63,938 bases of DNA, filler included, from Ministeria vibrans ATCC 50519 (GCA_943704425.1; 6 parts of 6 records of this genome joined end to end with filler, not necessarily neighbours in it); one strand, 5' to 3'. Shown: positions 12,901 through 25,328, counted from the first letter of the whole stretch. Notes: generated by a model not told the origin, from the sequence alone. Numbers and translations: made by a program.

Positions 12901-15900
12901 AACAGCTGTACCCATAAAATGTTAATGGGAAATGCAATGATTGCCGAAATGAGCCCCACATAGACTTGTTGCCAAGTAAAAAACACGTTGGAACCATTCG
13001 TTGCGGTGTCGTACCACGCAGCGCTTACTGCCATCAGCGTAAAGAACCTACAAGAAGAAATACTTACTTTTAAAATGAAATAGAAATTAATTCCGTACAG
13101 TGACATGCAACAGGCAACGCGCTGGACACGCGTAAAACGCGATCGCAATGGTTTTGCCACGGTAGAAAACCACAAATGAGTGTCCGAAAATTTTGCGCGA
13201 ATGTTTTCGGCAACACGCACACTGTATCGATTGTAGCGCGACTCCGAGCACAGAGGCAGTTCCACTTCCCCCGCACCCGCTCCCATCCACTGTTCACCGT
13301 TGAACAGAAAACAGTCGCCCGTGTGCAGACTGCGCACGGTAACTTTTGAAATGTACCATGGCTGGGAGGGTGCCTGAGTGCCGTCTCCACCCGCGAATGC
13401 AATCTACCAAATTATTAAGAAGAAGAACACAACCCATATTATTAATAATTATTAATGTATTTTTTTCTAATTTTTACCTTTTGCTCGCGCGACAAATCGA
13501 CGTGCCACTGCTCATCGGTCACTTGGTTGTTAGGGGACCACCATCGACGACGCGATGTGCCTGTCTTGATGGGCACTGAGCTCTTGAAGAGGCGGATTTT
13601 GGTGAGCATGCCCAAATCGTCTTTGGTCGACAGAATGAGACGGGTGAGCGAGGCGCGCTCAAACGATTCGTGCCAGTCCTGTGGGTCAGATGGCAGCCGA
13701 GAAGACTCAAGCTCAACCGACTCCATCGTGTCCTCTCGGGCAAGCACACTCATTGCGAGGCTGAGGTCGGACGGTGTCTGGCTCGCATCCACGCTGCCCT
13801 CGCCGTGCTCTTGACGCTGTAGCTGCTGCGCATGATGCTTGGGTTTGCGTCGCCGCAGTCCGTCGGGTCCTGTCACTACCGAATCGGACGTTCGACGACC
13901 CACACTGGTCTTTTCTTGCGCCAACACTTGCTCTTGGTCGTTTTCCGCACTCGATCGAGCGGTTTGTGCTCGTGACAACTCGTGCGTTGATATTGTTGAG
14001 CGCTGCGAGTCCTTGCGGCGTCGACGATGGTGGTGACGACTACCATCGTGTGTCGCGTCTGCCTCGGACAGCTGCGGTTGCTGTCGTCGCATACCCATGA
14101 GCTGCACTTGCACGGCAGCATCTGTGCCCGCATTGAGACGGTAACCGGTGTGCACCACCACCTCATAGCGGTACTCGTGTGACGGGTCGACGGCGCCCAT
14201 AGACGCGCGGGTGCCCACCACCAGCTTGAGTAGATCGCGCTGGTCATAGCGACGTGCAACGCACATGAACACAACAAAGAGCACCACCAGAATGACAACA
14301 AAAACAAAGGACACGGGGTTCTCGTTGAGGCGACGAAAACCGCGAGAATCACCCACGAAACTCACGGCATTGGGTGCAATGACAATGTTCGGACCAAACG
14401 ACGTAAGATGGTCACAGGCACAGGCGACAGTTAAGAACGTTGTGGTATTGTGCACTGTACAGCCAGCAGTGGACCACTCGGTTGCATTGTCATTCCAAAA
14501 GTAGCACGCTGTCGTGTACGTGGCAAACTCGTAGACGAGGCTAATGTCGGCGGGCGCCGAGAAGGATTCAACACGCACATAAAGGGTTTCGCCGCTCAGC
14601 GGAATCTGGTCGGATGCAATCTGAATGGGTGCCGGGTCTGTGTTGATGTTGCCGCCCAACACGATAGGGACCTCGAAAAGCTTGTCGTAGTCGCCAATCG
14701 ACGGCTCTTCGCCTCGTCGCACATACACGCGCACAGTGTGCACGCCCGTGGTGCTCAGATAGCCATCGCCATCGGTGCTGCTCACACCACCAATCCACAG
14801 GTTGACGACGGTGAAGGAGTCGACCGGAAAGGGTGAGACGGTGAACGAATGGTGGTTGGCCGAGCCACCGCCGTGAAGGAGGTAGTGGCGACCGATAAGC
14901 AAGGGCTGGATGACGCCCGGTCGTGGAATGGTGATGATGAGGTCGCCATCCGTGAGGTTGGCGACCGAGATGGGATCGTGGGTGGTACCGGCGAAGAAAT
15001 CGAGCGAGACAATGGAGCCGTTTTCGATGCGCGACGCGGAGTTATCCCACACAAACGGATTGCCATTGTAGACAATCAGCTGATAATCAATGGAAATGTC
15101 AACTTGGCGAAGGCGCGTAAATAGCGCATCGGTCAGTTCAATCTCGGCGTCGCTCATGGAGTCGCTGAGCTTCTCCTGGAGGACGCCATTAAGATGATCA
15201 TTTTGGCTGTCGTCGTTTGCGCCATCGCCGACAAAAACGTGTCGGAGTTGCAACTGGAAGGCGGCCGTGTTGGCGACAATGGGCGCTTCGTAGAGGGCAC
15301 GACCCGACAAGAGAATACTTGTGATACGACTAAGAGCTTGTGCGACAGGCGCCACAATGTCAGCCGTTGAGGTGTTTGTGCCCATGGTGGGGGCATCCAT
15401 AAATGTGTCTGCGTCACCAACACCAATGAGGGCGTTGGCGGCGACAATGAGTTGCGATGCGGCTTGCACTAGTTCATTGCGCAACTGACTGTCACCCAGT
15501 TGATGGCCCGCGCGCGCATTCGTGACGGCCAGAAGCGCAGTTGCTGCGTTTACTTGAGTCTCGCGAGCAAGTTCGGATGGCTCCTGTGTGAGCTGAAAGA
15601 CCACCGAGATGACTCCGAGACCGTCGATTCCTTCAAGATTGCCTCGTTGCGCCAGTATCAATGTTGACGAGGCAATGACTTTGCGCGCGACACGGCGTTC
15701 GGTCAAATTCACTTGGTTGCCCAGAGTGTCGGTGATGAGTTCGTGCACGTTGAGCGTGTACGCCACGCCCGCCATAAGTTGCACGGCCGTCTGACGATTC
15801 TCTTGCTCCACCAGCTGGATCAGGTGCGAGTCAGAGCCACTTGCGAGTTCGCGTAACAATGCCACATCCGCTTCTGCAGTGGAATTAGGGCAACGTCGCA

Positions 15901-18900
15901 CGGTCACGGGTAAGAGTACACGAGTTGCGCGCATGTTGTCGCCGTCGGCACCCACGTCGCACACTACGGTGACCGCCTGGTTGTGTTCGGCGAGTCCGGC
16001 GGGCAGGAAGAAACCCGTTACGGACGCATCGGGACCACGATGAAGAGGCAATAGAATGGGGTCGGAGGTGTTGGTGGGGCCCAGGTAGTAGCGAAAGGTA
16101 TACGACAGGGCCGACTGTGCGAAATCGAGATCGAGTGCGTGCCAGTTGGAACACACAACGCTAAATGGTGTTTCTAGGCTGAGACCTTCGGCGGGCACGA
16201 TGGTACAGGAGCCACCGGTGGGCACAGAGAGCGTCTGAACATTGAGGGTGGCATGACCGACGGGAGTGCCGGCGGCAATGACGCGCAGCGTAAACTGGTA
16301 AAGGGTGTTGGGAAGGAGGACGCCCGCGTCGAGCACTAAATTGAACTGCCGATTGCCCGTTGTCGTGGTGTTGAGATCGTTGGCAATCGGCAGTGGTGGC
16401 AAGCTGGACCATTCGGCTTCGACAAGCGCCGCCGAAATGTTGGAAAGGGAACAGCGGTTGCAATCACCCACCAACACCACACGCGTGTCGTGGGGTGTCG
16501 CACCATTGGTGCAGTCGCGGCAGACCACCGAGACAAGCGGTGAGTTGCTGGCCGTCGCCACAATCTGTTGAGTGGCATTGCCTGTGCGAGTGCCCGCCGT
16601 CACGGCGACAGTAAACGCGTGCGTGAGACCAAAGGGAAGAGAAAAGGCAGGAATTTCCACAGTGGCAAGCATTGACTGAGCGGCAAACGTCGCAAGCGCA
16701 TTGGAATCGCCGGCAAAGCATGGGACGCTGGGTGAATCGGTGTGACAGGACCAGGCAAAAGAGAGCAATGAGAGGGATGCTGAGGTGTTGCCGAGCGAGC
16801 TACCACTCGCATCCAGCACGTATGGCTCGTCGAATGGCGTGGAGCGTTCCGAAGCGCCCGCAATGAGAACGTGAAGGGGTGGCGGGCGCATGAGAAGTCG
16901 CACCGAGTGCTGCTGGGTGACGATGGGCACGGTGTCCAGGAGGGAGACACGCACATCGATTCGGTAGAGATCGGGCACAAGTGAGCCGGCGGGTAGTTCA
17001 AGAAGTTTGGTGCGGAGTGCACTGTTGGGAATATTGGTTGGAACCACCGACAGGCCTGTGGAAAGGGACTGGATAGACCAGACATACTCGAGACGACGCA
17101 GCGAGCAGGTGGTTACCACCGCAGTAGCCTCAATCAGCGCACGCGATGCTGTTGTCGCGGAAATCTCCGTGGACGGAGACAGTATCACATTGAGTAGAAG
17201 GCAAAGCTCATTCTGCAAAATAATAAATAAATAAAATAATAATAATAACAAAAAATATAATAGGAATTAATTTCATGTTAAATATGCATTGAATGTACCT
17301 GCACGAGAATGGGAAGAGACGTGGCAACAATGGAGGTTGATGTAACTGCTGAGAAGACGACATTTTTTGGGCCTGTTGTCGAGAAGACGTGAGAAAAGAC
17401 GCCCGTGCGAGTCTCGTGGAGCGTATCGAGCGGAGAGCCGTCGTCGTAGAAAGCGACGAGACGGTCGGGGAAGTTGTTGGTGCCGGCGGACACATTAAAA
17501 GTGGTGGAGGCGTTGACAAGGGCAAGTGGGGCTGCGCGCGAGGCGACCGAGAGGGAAAGCAGGCAGGCGGTGGTGGGGTCTGCAAGGGTGTCTGGAAGCA
17601 GACAGAGCGCGGTGGTGGAGCCATTGGCGGGTGCGGCAATGGTAAGAGGCGCCACGTAGACGACAAAGTTGAAGAGTTCGACGAGGTTGAGTGCGCCCTG
17701 GCCATTGGAGATGACACCGGATGGCTGGTAGAAAACGCCGTTGGGGTCATGATGAGGAGGAAAGGAACGAGGCGCCGTTGTGACGGGTGGGGCCGGGTCG
17801 GAGGTGTCGGAGATGTTGGCAGTGTCGGAGAGCTGAGGGATGCTGACAATGGGGAGGAGTGTGAGTGGATCCACGGCGGTCCATTCGACGGCAAGCAGAG
17901 GACGTGAGCCGGAGGAGACGGTCACGGAGATGGAGATGGCTGCCTCACCGGTGTCAGGGTGCGCCACAAGATTGGCGCTGACCGTAGGTCCGACCAAGGG
18001 AGTGTCGAGGACGATTTCGGCACCGAGCACCTGTTGGTCGTCGGCAAAATTGGTGATGTTGAGGGTGAGCTGGTAGGTGCCAATGCCACCGAGAGGCACA
18101 TCGACCGTCACCGACGCAGGCCCCATAAACGACATGGTACCCATTCCCATATTGCTCAACGCCTCACGACGACGACGACGACGACGACGACGAGTGCTGT
18201 CGTCGATGGTGAAGACGATGGGCGAGCCATTGAGAAGGATGGTGAGAAACCACACGTCGGCCGAGCCGGCAGTAACCGTTACGGGAAAGGACAGGGTGGT
18301 GTTCGGTTCAAGTTGCAACGTGACCTGAGGTGCATCCGAGGAGGGATCGGGCGTGAGCAGGTCGATGGCGTTGACAATGATAGGCTCGAAAAGGCGTGCA
18401 GTAAGCGTGCGATGCAGAGAGGACACACCGTTGGTGGCAATTGCCTCAATAGTGGCTGTGGACGCAGCGAAGGTCAGCGGATAGGCATGCACCCAGTACA
18501 CTGTCTCGTTGGGTTTGAGGCTGGAGACGACGGAGGGGGCGGACGCGTCGCCCCAGTTGACAGAAATTGTCGCTGTGGCAGCAGGAAAGCTCTGACTAAA
18601 GTGGAAGATTGTCGCGGCAACGGGTGAGCTGAGTGGGCGTCCCTTGGACGCGTAGAGAGTCGTCGTGTTGGTGGGATCGGTAGAAAAAAAGCGGAATTCA
18701 CTGAGCGTCGGCTGCACTTGAATGGTCCCCTGAGCAAAGGCGGAACTAGCACCTGAGCTGTCGACAATGGTTGCATTGACGGCAAAGTCACCGAGGATAG
18801 TGAATGGAGGAACGCTCACGGCCAACTGACCGCCATGGACAAGGTGTGCGCGGAAGGGCAGCACAGACTCGCCTGATGCCGTTGGAAGCGACACAACGTT

Positions 18901-20631
18901 GAGGTAGGCAGGAGGAGCTGCGAGAGGGGTGGAGCGAGGGTGCGGAGAGAGCGTGCACGAGGACCAGAGGGCAAGGAGGTCGCCGGCTTGGACGGGGAGA
19001 GCGTCGGCAGCGTTGTACACAACGGAAGTGTAGCCAGAGGTAGTGGAGAGGAGCGCATTGCGAGAGGCTACCACCACATATTGATCGAATTGCAATGGTG
19101 ATGACGAGGTCGAGCGTGCCTCGATGGGTATGCGCGCGTCACAGTTAGAGAGTGTTGTCGCTGTTGTTGATGTGATGCTACATGTCAAGGCACAGGTACC
19201 AGTAAGAGGACAGAAGCGTGAGGGTGAGACAAGCAGTGGCGAGCAAGTAATGTGACGCAAGAGAACCAGGGTGACAGTGGAGCCGCAGTTGGACGATGGT
19301 GGCAGGGAGAGCTCCCACGAGAGCAAATGACCGTCGTCCGGGAGACGCTGTGAGCTGATGCGGTGAAGCGACGGAGACTGCTCAATGATGTTGTCGAGGA
19401 GCAAAGGACCTGCGCCCAGAGTGTATGCATGTGTGGCGGGAATGGACTCGTTGAGTGTGACGGAGAAGCGTGGCAGTGAGTCGAGGCGTGAGGCTCGCAG
19501 GAGTGAAGAGTCGTCTGAAGTGGAGGAGACGACGGTAATCAGCATGTTGGGGTCGCTGTCGTCAAGTGAGAGGGTGCCCATGCCACGAGGAAGTGTGACG
19601 CGACCCTGCAAGAACGATGGGGGCAACACACGCAAGTGAAGTTGCGCTGTGGCGACGATCGAGTTTCCGGAGCCGTCCGGTACGGTGGCGACCAGAATGC
19701 GCTTCTCGCCAGAGCTGTGACACACATAAGATACCTGATGTGCGGTGGAGGAGCTGTCGAACGTATCGGCAAACCACGAGCCGTCAACAAACCAGCGAAG
19801 CGTGGCGGTCGCAGGCAAGGAAGCGACGGTGACATTGACGCTGAGTGTCAGGCTTTGGCCAACATGACAGGAAAGAGTGTTTGGCACAAAGGCAAGGGAA
19901 GTTGTTGTAGGGGCACTTGCACGCCACACTGCATTGGCAAGGGGTGCCTGTGCATCACAGAGGCTCTGGGGAGCGCCACCGTAGGCACCGAATGAGTCGC
20001 CGCAAAAACAAAGGTGATTTTGAATCGCAGCATAGGCAAAAGCGAGCGAGGCACACTCGACAAGGCAAAGGGCAAGTTGTGCTTTGCCTTGCACACTTGC
20101 CACAAGGTGCGGCAGGTTGCGCGGGGTGAGCTGGTCGCGGTAGCAGCCGCGGTAGAGAGCGGTTGGGGGCACCGCCCAAATGCGGTACTGACAATTGCTG
20201 TCATTGACGAGCGCGCTGGCTTGGGGCGAGATGGGACACAGCGTGCTGTTGAAGGAGGTCTCGCGAGGGATGCGAAGCTCCACAAAGGGACCGTCGAGGC
20301 GTAAGAGAGCGCGCAGAGTCAGCGTGGAATGTAAGAAGGCGACTTCCCACGGCCACCTGGCGTCGCCCGTCGCTCGACAGGCAACGCCACCGCCAAAAAC
20401 GAGCGCAGGCGCATCGGCGATGGCCAACTGCGCAAGCGAGCTGTTCGCAGAGAGCGTTGCAGCCTGGAGTGATGTGGTTTCCTGGCCAACGAGCGGCGCT
20501 GAAAACAGTTCGCTCGGGCACTGTTCCGTTGGCGGTGTAAACGTGCACGGAAACGGCTCAACGGGACACTGGGCGCTCGCTAGTGACGCTGCTAAAAGAA
20601 GCGCGACTAGGAGGAGGGGGTGGGTGATCAT
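9971..20631 (-). CDS. Polycystin-1-like (PKD1 family) receptor/channel subunit, roughly 3,400 aa
   Basis: Signal peptide; WSC domain (YRGCYRD...C..EC...AYAAIQNHLCFCG); PKD-like repeats (VNWGD); REJ-like region (LDASGS, FAWSC, PTGGSC.IVPAEG); GPS (CYFWN...WSTAGC...CACDHLTSF); TM; PLAT (YEVVVHTG..NAGTDA); RFTRVQR; SPRFRQLRV; YSGGGF; LWIDAQTRAVF; LLNMFMTII. Confidence 0.92.
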
Positions 20632-21007
20632 ACGAAAGAACAGAAAGATAAAACGAATAGTAATATTATTATAATTATGACCAAAGAAAATGCTCGAGCG
20701 TCTCTGAGTGGCTCAGTTTCCGAGTCACGACTCAGAGAAGACGTTTTCATTTTATTTTTGGGAGAGGTGGCGCTACTTAGTCACGCTACACCTCACCTGG
20801 GCTGTGACTGACTGGGACTAATTTTTAGGTTTATGAAAGACTGATTCAGATTCACAGATTTCACTGTTGCGTTGATGTATGCTTGGTACTAAAATTCGTA
20901 TTGGGTGTTCAGTACTCACTCTATAACTCAGCACTTGCCAAAAGAATTTTTTTAAAGATGTGGGATAAAGAAACAAGTGATCGAGAAAGAGTGAAACAAA
21001 GTGATAT

Positions 21008-21379
21008 TTAAAAGATCTCCTGGCGATACTTAAAGGAGGTTCCGCCGGGAGTGGAGTGCTTCGAGGACATTTTGCGGAGCATGCTGCCGAGGGCGGGGGG
21101 CCCGCAAAAGAAGACGCCGATGTCGGTGCCGGGGGCATTGTGGCGACGAGCAATGGAGGGGAAGATGATGTTCCAGTCGGGACGACCAAACTCGGTGCGA
21201 CTGGCGAGCGACGTGAGAACGTCCTGGCCTGTCTGTTCCATACTCTGCTCAATTGCAATATGCATCATGACAGCAGAGAGATCCTCTTTGGGCATTTTCC
21301 CGCCTGTAAGGAACACGCGCAATTCGAGAAAGTGGTTTACATCGGCCGCTTGTAACTCGGACAAAAAGTCAGCAAACCA
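21008..21379 (-). CDS. NADPH oxidase (NOX5/DUOX-like) terminal exon, NADPH-binding region; rest of gene absent
   Basis: WFADFLSEL...RVFLTG...DVLTSLASRTEFGRPDW..IF...IGVFFCGPPALG...FKYRQEIF. Preceded by an acceptor site and a TC microsatellite. Confidence 0.85.
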   Translation of the reverse strand, partial: WFADFLSELQAADVNHFLELRVFLTGGKMPKEDLSAVMMHIAIEQSMEQTGQDVLTSLASRTEFGRPDWNIIFPSIARRHNAPGTDIGVFFCGPPALGSMLRKMSSKHSTPGGTSFKYRQEIF

Positions 21380-21466
21380 CTAAAAAGAGTGATAAGTAAG
21401 AGAGAGAAGGTTAGGTTAGAGAAAGAGAAGGAAAAAAAAACAAGGATCTTCTATATATATATATAT

Positions 21467-21573
<107 letters not shown>

Positions 21574-21659
21574 AGAAAGAAGCAAAGTGGAAAAGGAACA
21601 AAGTGGAAAAGGAACAAAGTGAGAAAACAACAACAACGACAGAGAATATGAAAGGTTAC

Positions 21660-23712
21660 AATTTCAAGAAGGTTTCCAAGCATTTTGACGCCAAACTCGC
21701 CCTTGTACCAACGAGGTGCGTTCTTGAAAGGGAAAATACCCAGAACCCACTCGAGCAGGTATAGCGGGTGGTCTCCTGCGAGCGCCAGTGTCTTGCTGAA
21801 CGACGGATACGTCTTCTGCTCGTGCGCAAAGAACGTTTCTCCGCTAAGAAAATGAAAACATTTTCAATTTTTGAAACAGACAAACATACAGACATACACA
21901 TATATTTTTGGTCATTATTATTATGAAATAATAATAATTATAATTATTCTCTCTCGTCTCACCTCAGGAAGATGAAGTCTTGAGTGTTTCGTTCGTGGTC
22001 AATGATGATTTTCTCGCCGGGAACGCCCATAACTTTGATCGCGGCCCCACGCACATCCGCTGAGAAACACACACACACACACACACAGAGACACAGACAC
22101 ACACACACACACAAACCATAGGGAAAGAAAGAGAAAGAGGAGGGAAAAGAAAAGAACAAAGGGGTAGAGAGAGTGAGAGAGAAGAAGAAGAAGAAGAAAC
22201 AAAGGGATAGGTTAAGATGAGACGCAACTATGCAGCGCTGTGGGAGAGGGCGTTTTCGTACGTTTAGTGTCGTCACCGAGTTTGCCGGCACTAGACGAAA
22301 AGCGAATGTAGGCGTCAAACGAGCGGCCAAGGTGGCTGAAGACGCCATGGCGCAGTTTGGGGTCGAGGGAGTCGGCCACGTCGAAGGTCGCGCGCACGCA
22401 GCCAAGCGACTTGCGGTGCTGCAGACGCCAGTCGCGCACCTTGCCATTCTCGGAGCCGCGCACAAGGTCGGCAACGGCATTGCGCTCAAGGTCGGATGCC
22501 TCGGTGAGGGCAGCCGTGACACCGTCGATGTCGCGCTGGTCGAGGCCGCGTGGGAGAGGACACGCCGCGGGGTTGTCGACGCTCACCTGCTTGAAGACAA
22601 TGAAGAGGATGCACACGAGCGCTGTAATGCGGATGAAGTATGGGATGGCGCGCCACTTGCGACTGCGACGGGGCAGATGACTGAAGTACCCCGCGGCGTA
22701 CAGAGCCATGCCGAGCAGCGAGCCGAGGAAGTAGAAGAGCTGGACGGTGCGGCTGGAGGTGATGATGAAGCCGCGGAAGCACAGAGCGAGATAAACAATC
22801 CGCTTGAACGTGTTGCCAAAGGGCTTGTAGAAGCGTGCAAAGAGCGAGCCGTCGATGGCGGCACGTCGGTCGAGAAAAGGGAAGATTTGATGGTAGAAGA
22901 GGGCAACCAGCAGAGCACTGGTGGCCGTCGTGAATTGCAAATGAGCGTCGCCCGACGACAGGAGCACCTCGCGCCACTTCCACGGAATAAACGGCATGTC
23001 GGTGTAGCAATTCACAAGCAGGCGCACATAGATGACCTGTGTCGAAAAAAAACGAACCAAACACAAACAATCATGATCGCGCAATTACGGATAATTGATG
23101 TGGAAATGAAGTGTTTCGTACAAAGGCAAAGAGCTGACGGGGATAGTCCAGGAGAACGGTGCGGCCTGCAGCCTTGAGAGAGAAGTCGGCGGGCAGTGCG
23201 AGGTGCGTGGCTTTGAAGTCGATGTACAGCAAGAGGGCAGTGAGGAGCGACGTGTGTGCAAAGGGGAAATTGTAGCCGAACCGCAGCGCCGACGTGACGA
23301 GGAGGACATAGTTGGCCACGAGGAGTGCGCCGGCTCCTGTGTGGGGGAGGGGCGGGGGGGGCGGAGAACACGAATGGGGAACACGGATGTGATTTCAGAG
23401 TTAATGTCTATTCTTCGGCGATGAAACGAACGTACGCGTCGAGTGGGCTTCAAGCACAGCCTCGGGCAAAGCAGGGAAGTTCATGGACCAAAAGTCACCT
23501 GGAGGCTCCTTATCATCGCCGCGATCGTCGTCGGCAGGGGCGGGGGAAGGCGTGGGCGACGGAGACGCAGCGGCATCAACATTGTGCAATGGTTCCGTAG
23601 TTGGAACCCGACGCCGCGGGCCACGCGCCGCGGGAGTCGGCGTGAGACCAACCGGGTCTATCGTCGCAAACGCACGTGATTTCGAACGCGTTGAGCGAGC
23701 AGGGGTTGACAT
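21660..23712 (-). CDS. 5' half of the catalase-like/lipoxygenase fusion: multi-pass membrane region plus N-terminal catalase-like heme domain
   Basis: ATG at 23712 and several hydrophobic segments, then RLQHRKSLGCVRATF (distal His), LRHGVF, YIRFSS, DVRGAAIKV, QDFIFLSGETFF. The last exon ends at a phase-0 donor (GTAACC) at 21659. Confidence 0.85.
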
Positions 23713-23823
23713 ACAATCAAAAATATAATAAATAATATGAGTGATCTTTTAAAAATAATAATAAAATATCTCCATTACCTCACTCCTATTGTGTTTTGAT
23801 CATCTTTGATACTGTAGTGGGAG

Positions 23824-24492
23824 ATGAGCCAGCTGACCAAGGTTGTTGCGCCGGCCGCGGAACGAAACGCCCCGCACATTGTGGCAAGGTTGCGTGAAAT
23901 TCTGAGCGGGACGAATGCGCACGTCCTGGAGGTTGCCAGTGGTACAGGACAGCATTGCGTCGCGTGTGTGTCAGCGCTTGTTGCCGAGGGACGCGTCGCA
24001 AGCTGGCAGCCGACGGAGCTGATGGAGGTGTACACCAACTCAGTGACGGCGTACGTCGCAGAGCTGTCTGACACGCTCAGGGCGCGCGTGCAGACGCCGC
24101 GGCTGCTGGATGCTACGGTGGACGCGCAGTGGGACGCCTGTCGACGAGCAGATGTGGACGCGAACGGTGGATTTGACTTGGTTTTCAATGCGAACATGAT
24201 TCACATCTCGCCATTTGCGGCGTGCCAGGGGCTCTTCCGCGGTGCGGGGCGCCTTCTCAAGGCCGGATCGGGTGCGCTGGTTCTCTATGGACCTTTTGCA
24301 GTGCACGGCTCGTTGACTCCGCAGAGCAACGTCGACTTTGACGCGTCGCTCAAGAGTCGTGATGCGTCCTGGGGCATTCGTGACATTGATGACTGCGAAG
24401 CGCTCGCAACGCAACATGGAATGGTCCTTGAGCAAACCTTTGAGATGCCAGCAAACAACAAGATTTTGGTGTTTCGCAAAAACGCTTCGTAG
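23824..24492 (+). CDS. METTL26: Methyltransferase-like 26 (DUF938 family)
   Basis: APAAERN, VLEVASGTGQH, WQPTE, NMIHISP, LYGPF, SNVDFDASLKSRDASWGIRD, MPANN. Confidence 0.92.
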   Translation: MSQLTKVVAPAAERNAPHIVARLREILSGTNAHVLEVASGTGQHCVACVSALVAEGRVASWQPTELMEVYTNSVTAYVAELSDTLRARVQTPRLLDATVDAQWDACRRADVDANGGFDLVFNANMIHISPFAACQGLFRGAGRLLKAGSGALVLYGPFAVHGSLTPQSNVDFDASLKSRDASWGIRDIDDCEALATQHGMVLEQTFEMPANNKILVFRKNAS

Positions 24493-24675
24493 TAAAGCGA
24501 ACAGAGAGAGAGAGAGAAAGAAAGAAATAGTGTAAGGGAAACGAAGTGAAGCGACAGGAGGGAGAAAGAAACAAAGTGTGTGTGCGTGTGTGTGTGTGTG
24601 AGGTACATGCAAAGAGTATGTATAATTAAAAGGTATAAAGAAAAATTTATTTTAATATTATATTAGTGTTGTGAG

Positions 24676-24948
24676 TTAGATTGCATGAAGAAGCAAGTCA
24701 GTGCGCCCGAGAGCGGCAAGCAAGACAGTCACCCATGTCAGAATGGGGGGCTCTTCCTCCGACCGCATTTGGTATATACGTTTGGGGGTCACCTGATCGG
24801 AGATTGACAGTGAATAAGCGAAAGAGTGAGTGAATGAGTGGGATACCATTTGAAAGTAGTAGAAGCCATTGAATTTCTCTTTGCTGAGAGGCATCACAGA
24901 GACGTCGGTGACCTCGTGCAGCGGAATGGCTCCCTTGCACGCTTGTCG
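24676..24948 (-). CDS. 3' exons of a PH-domain protein (partial)
   Basis: CKGAIPLHEVTDV...FYYFQM/VTPKRIYQMRSEE...LTWVTVL matches the C-terminal half of a PH domain. Truncated at the scaffold end. Confidence 0.6.
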   Translation of the reverse strand, partial: RQACKGAIPLHEVTDVSVMPLSKEKFNGFYYFQMVSHSFTHSFAYSLSISDQVTPKRIYQMRSEEEPPILTWVTVLLAALGRTDLLLHAI

Positions 24949-25014
24949 CTACCACACAAGGTCAATACAAATCAGGTCGACAGAGAGAGAGAAAGGAGGG
25001 AGAAAGAAAAAAAG

Positions 25015-25118
<104 letters not shown>

Positions 25119-25218
25119 NNNNNNNNNNNNNNNNNNNNNNNNNNNNNNNNNNNNNNNNNNNNTTAATTAATTAANNNNNNNNNNNNNNNNNNNNNNNNNN
25201 NNNNNNNNNNNNNNNNNN
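25119..25218. other. Artificial scaffold spacer (N-TTAATTAATTAA-N); others at 34630-34729, 47783-47882, 58644-58743, 62350-62449
   Basis: Identical 100-bp linker with stop codons in all six frames. Flanking genes are truncated. Confidence 0.97.
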
Positions 25219-25325
<107 letters not shown>

Positions 25326-25328
25326 CAG

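Noticed and set aside
22230-23177. Long antisense ORFs (also 6993-7646, 7812-8477, 61515-62405)
   Set aside because: Shadow ORFs opposite GC-rich coding exons, with no recognisable motifs.
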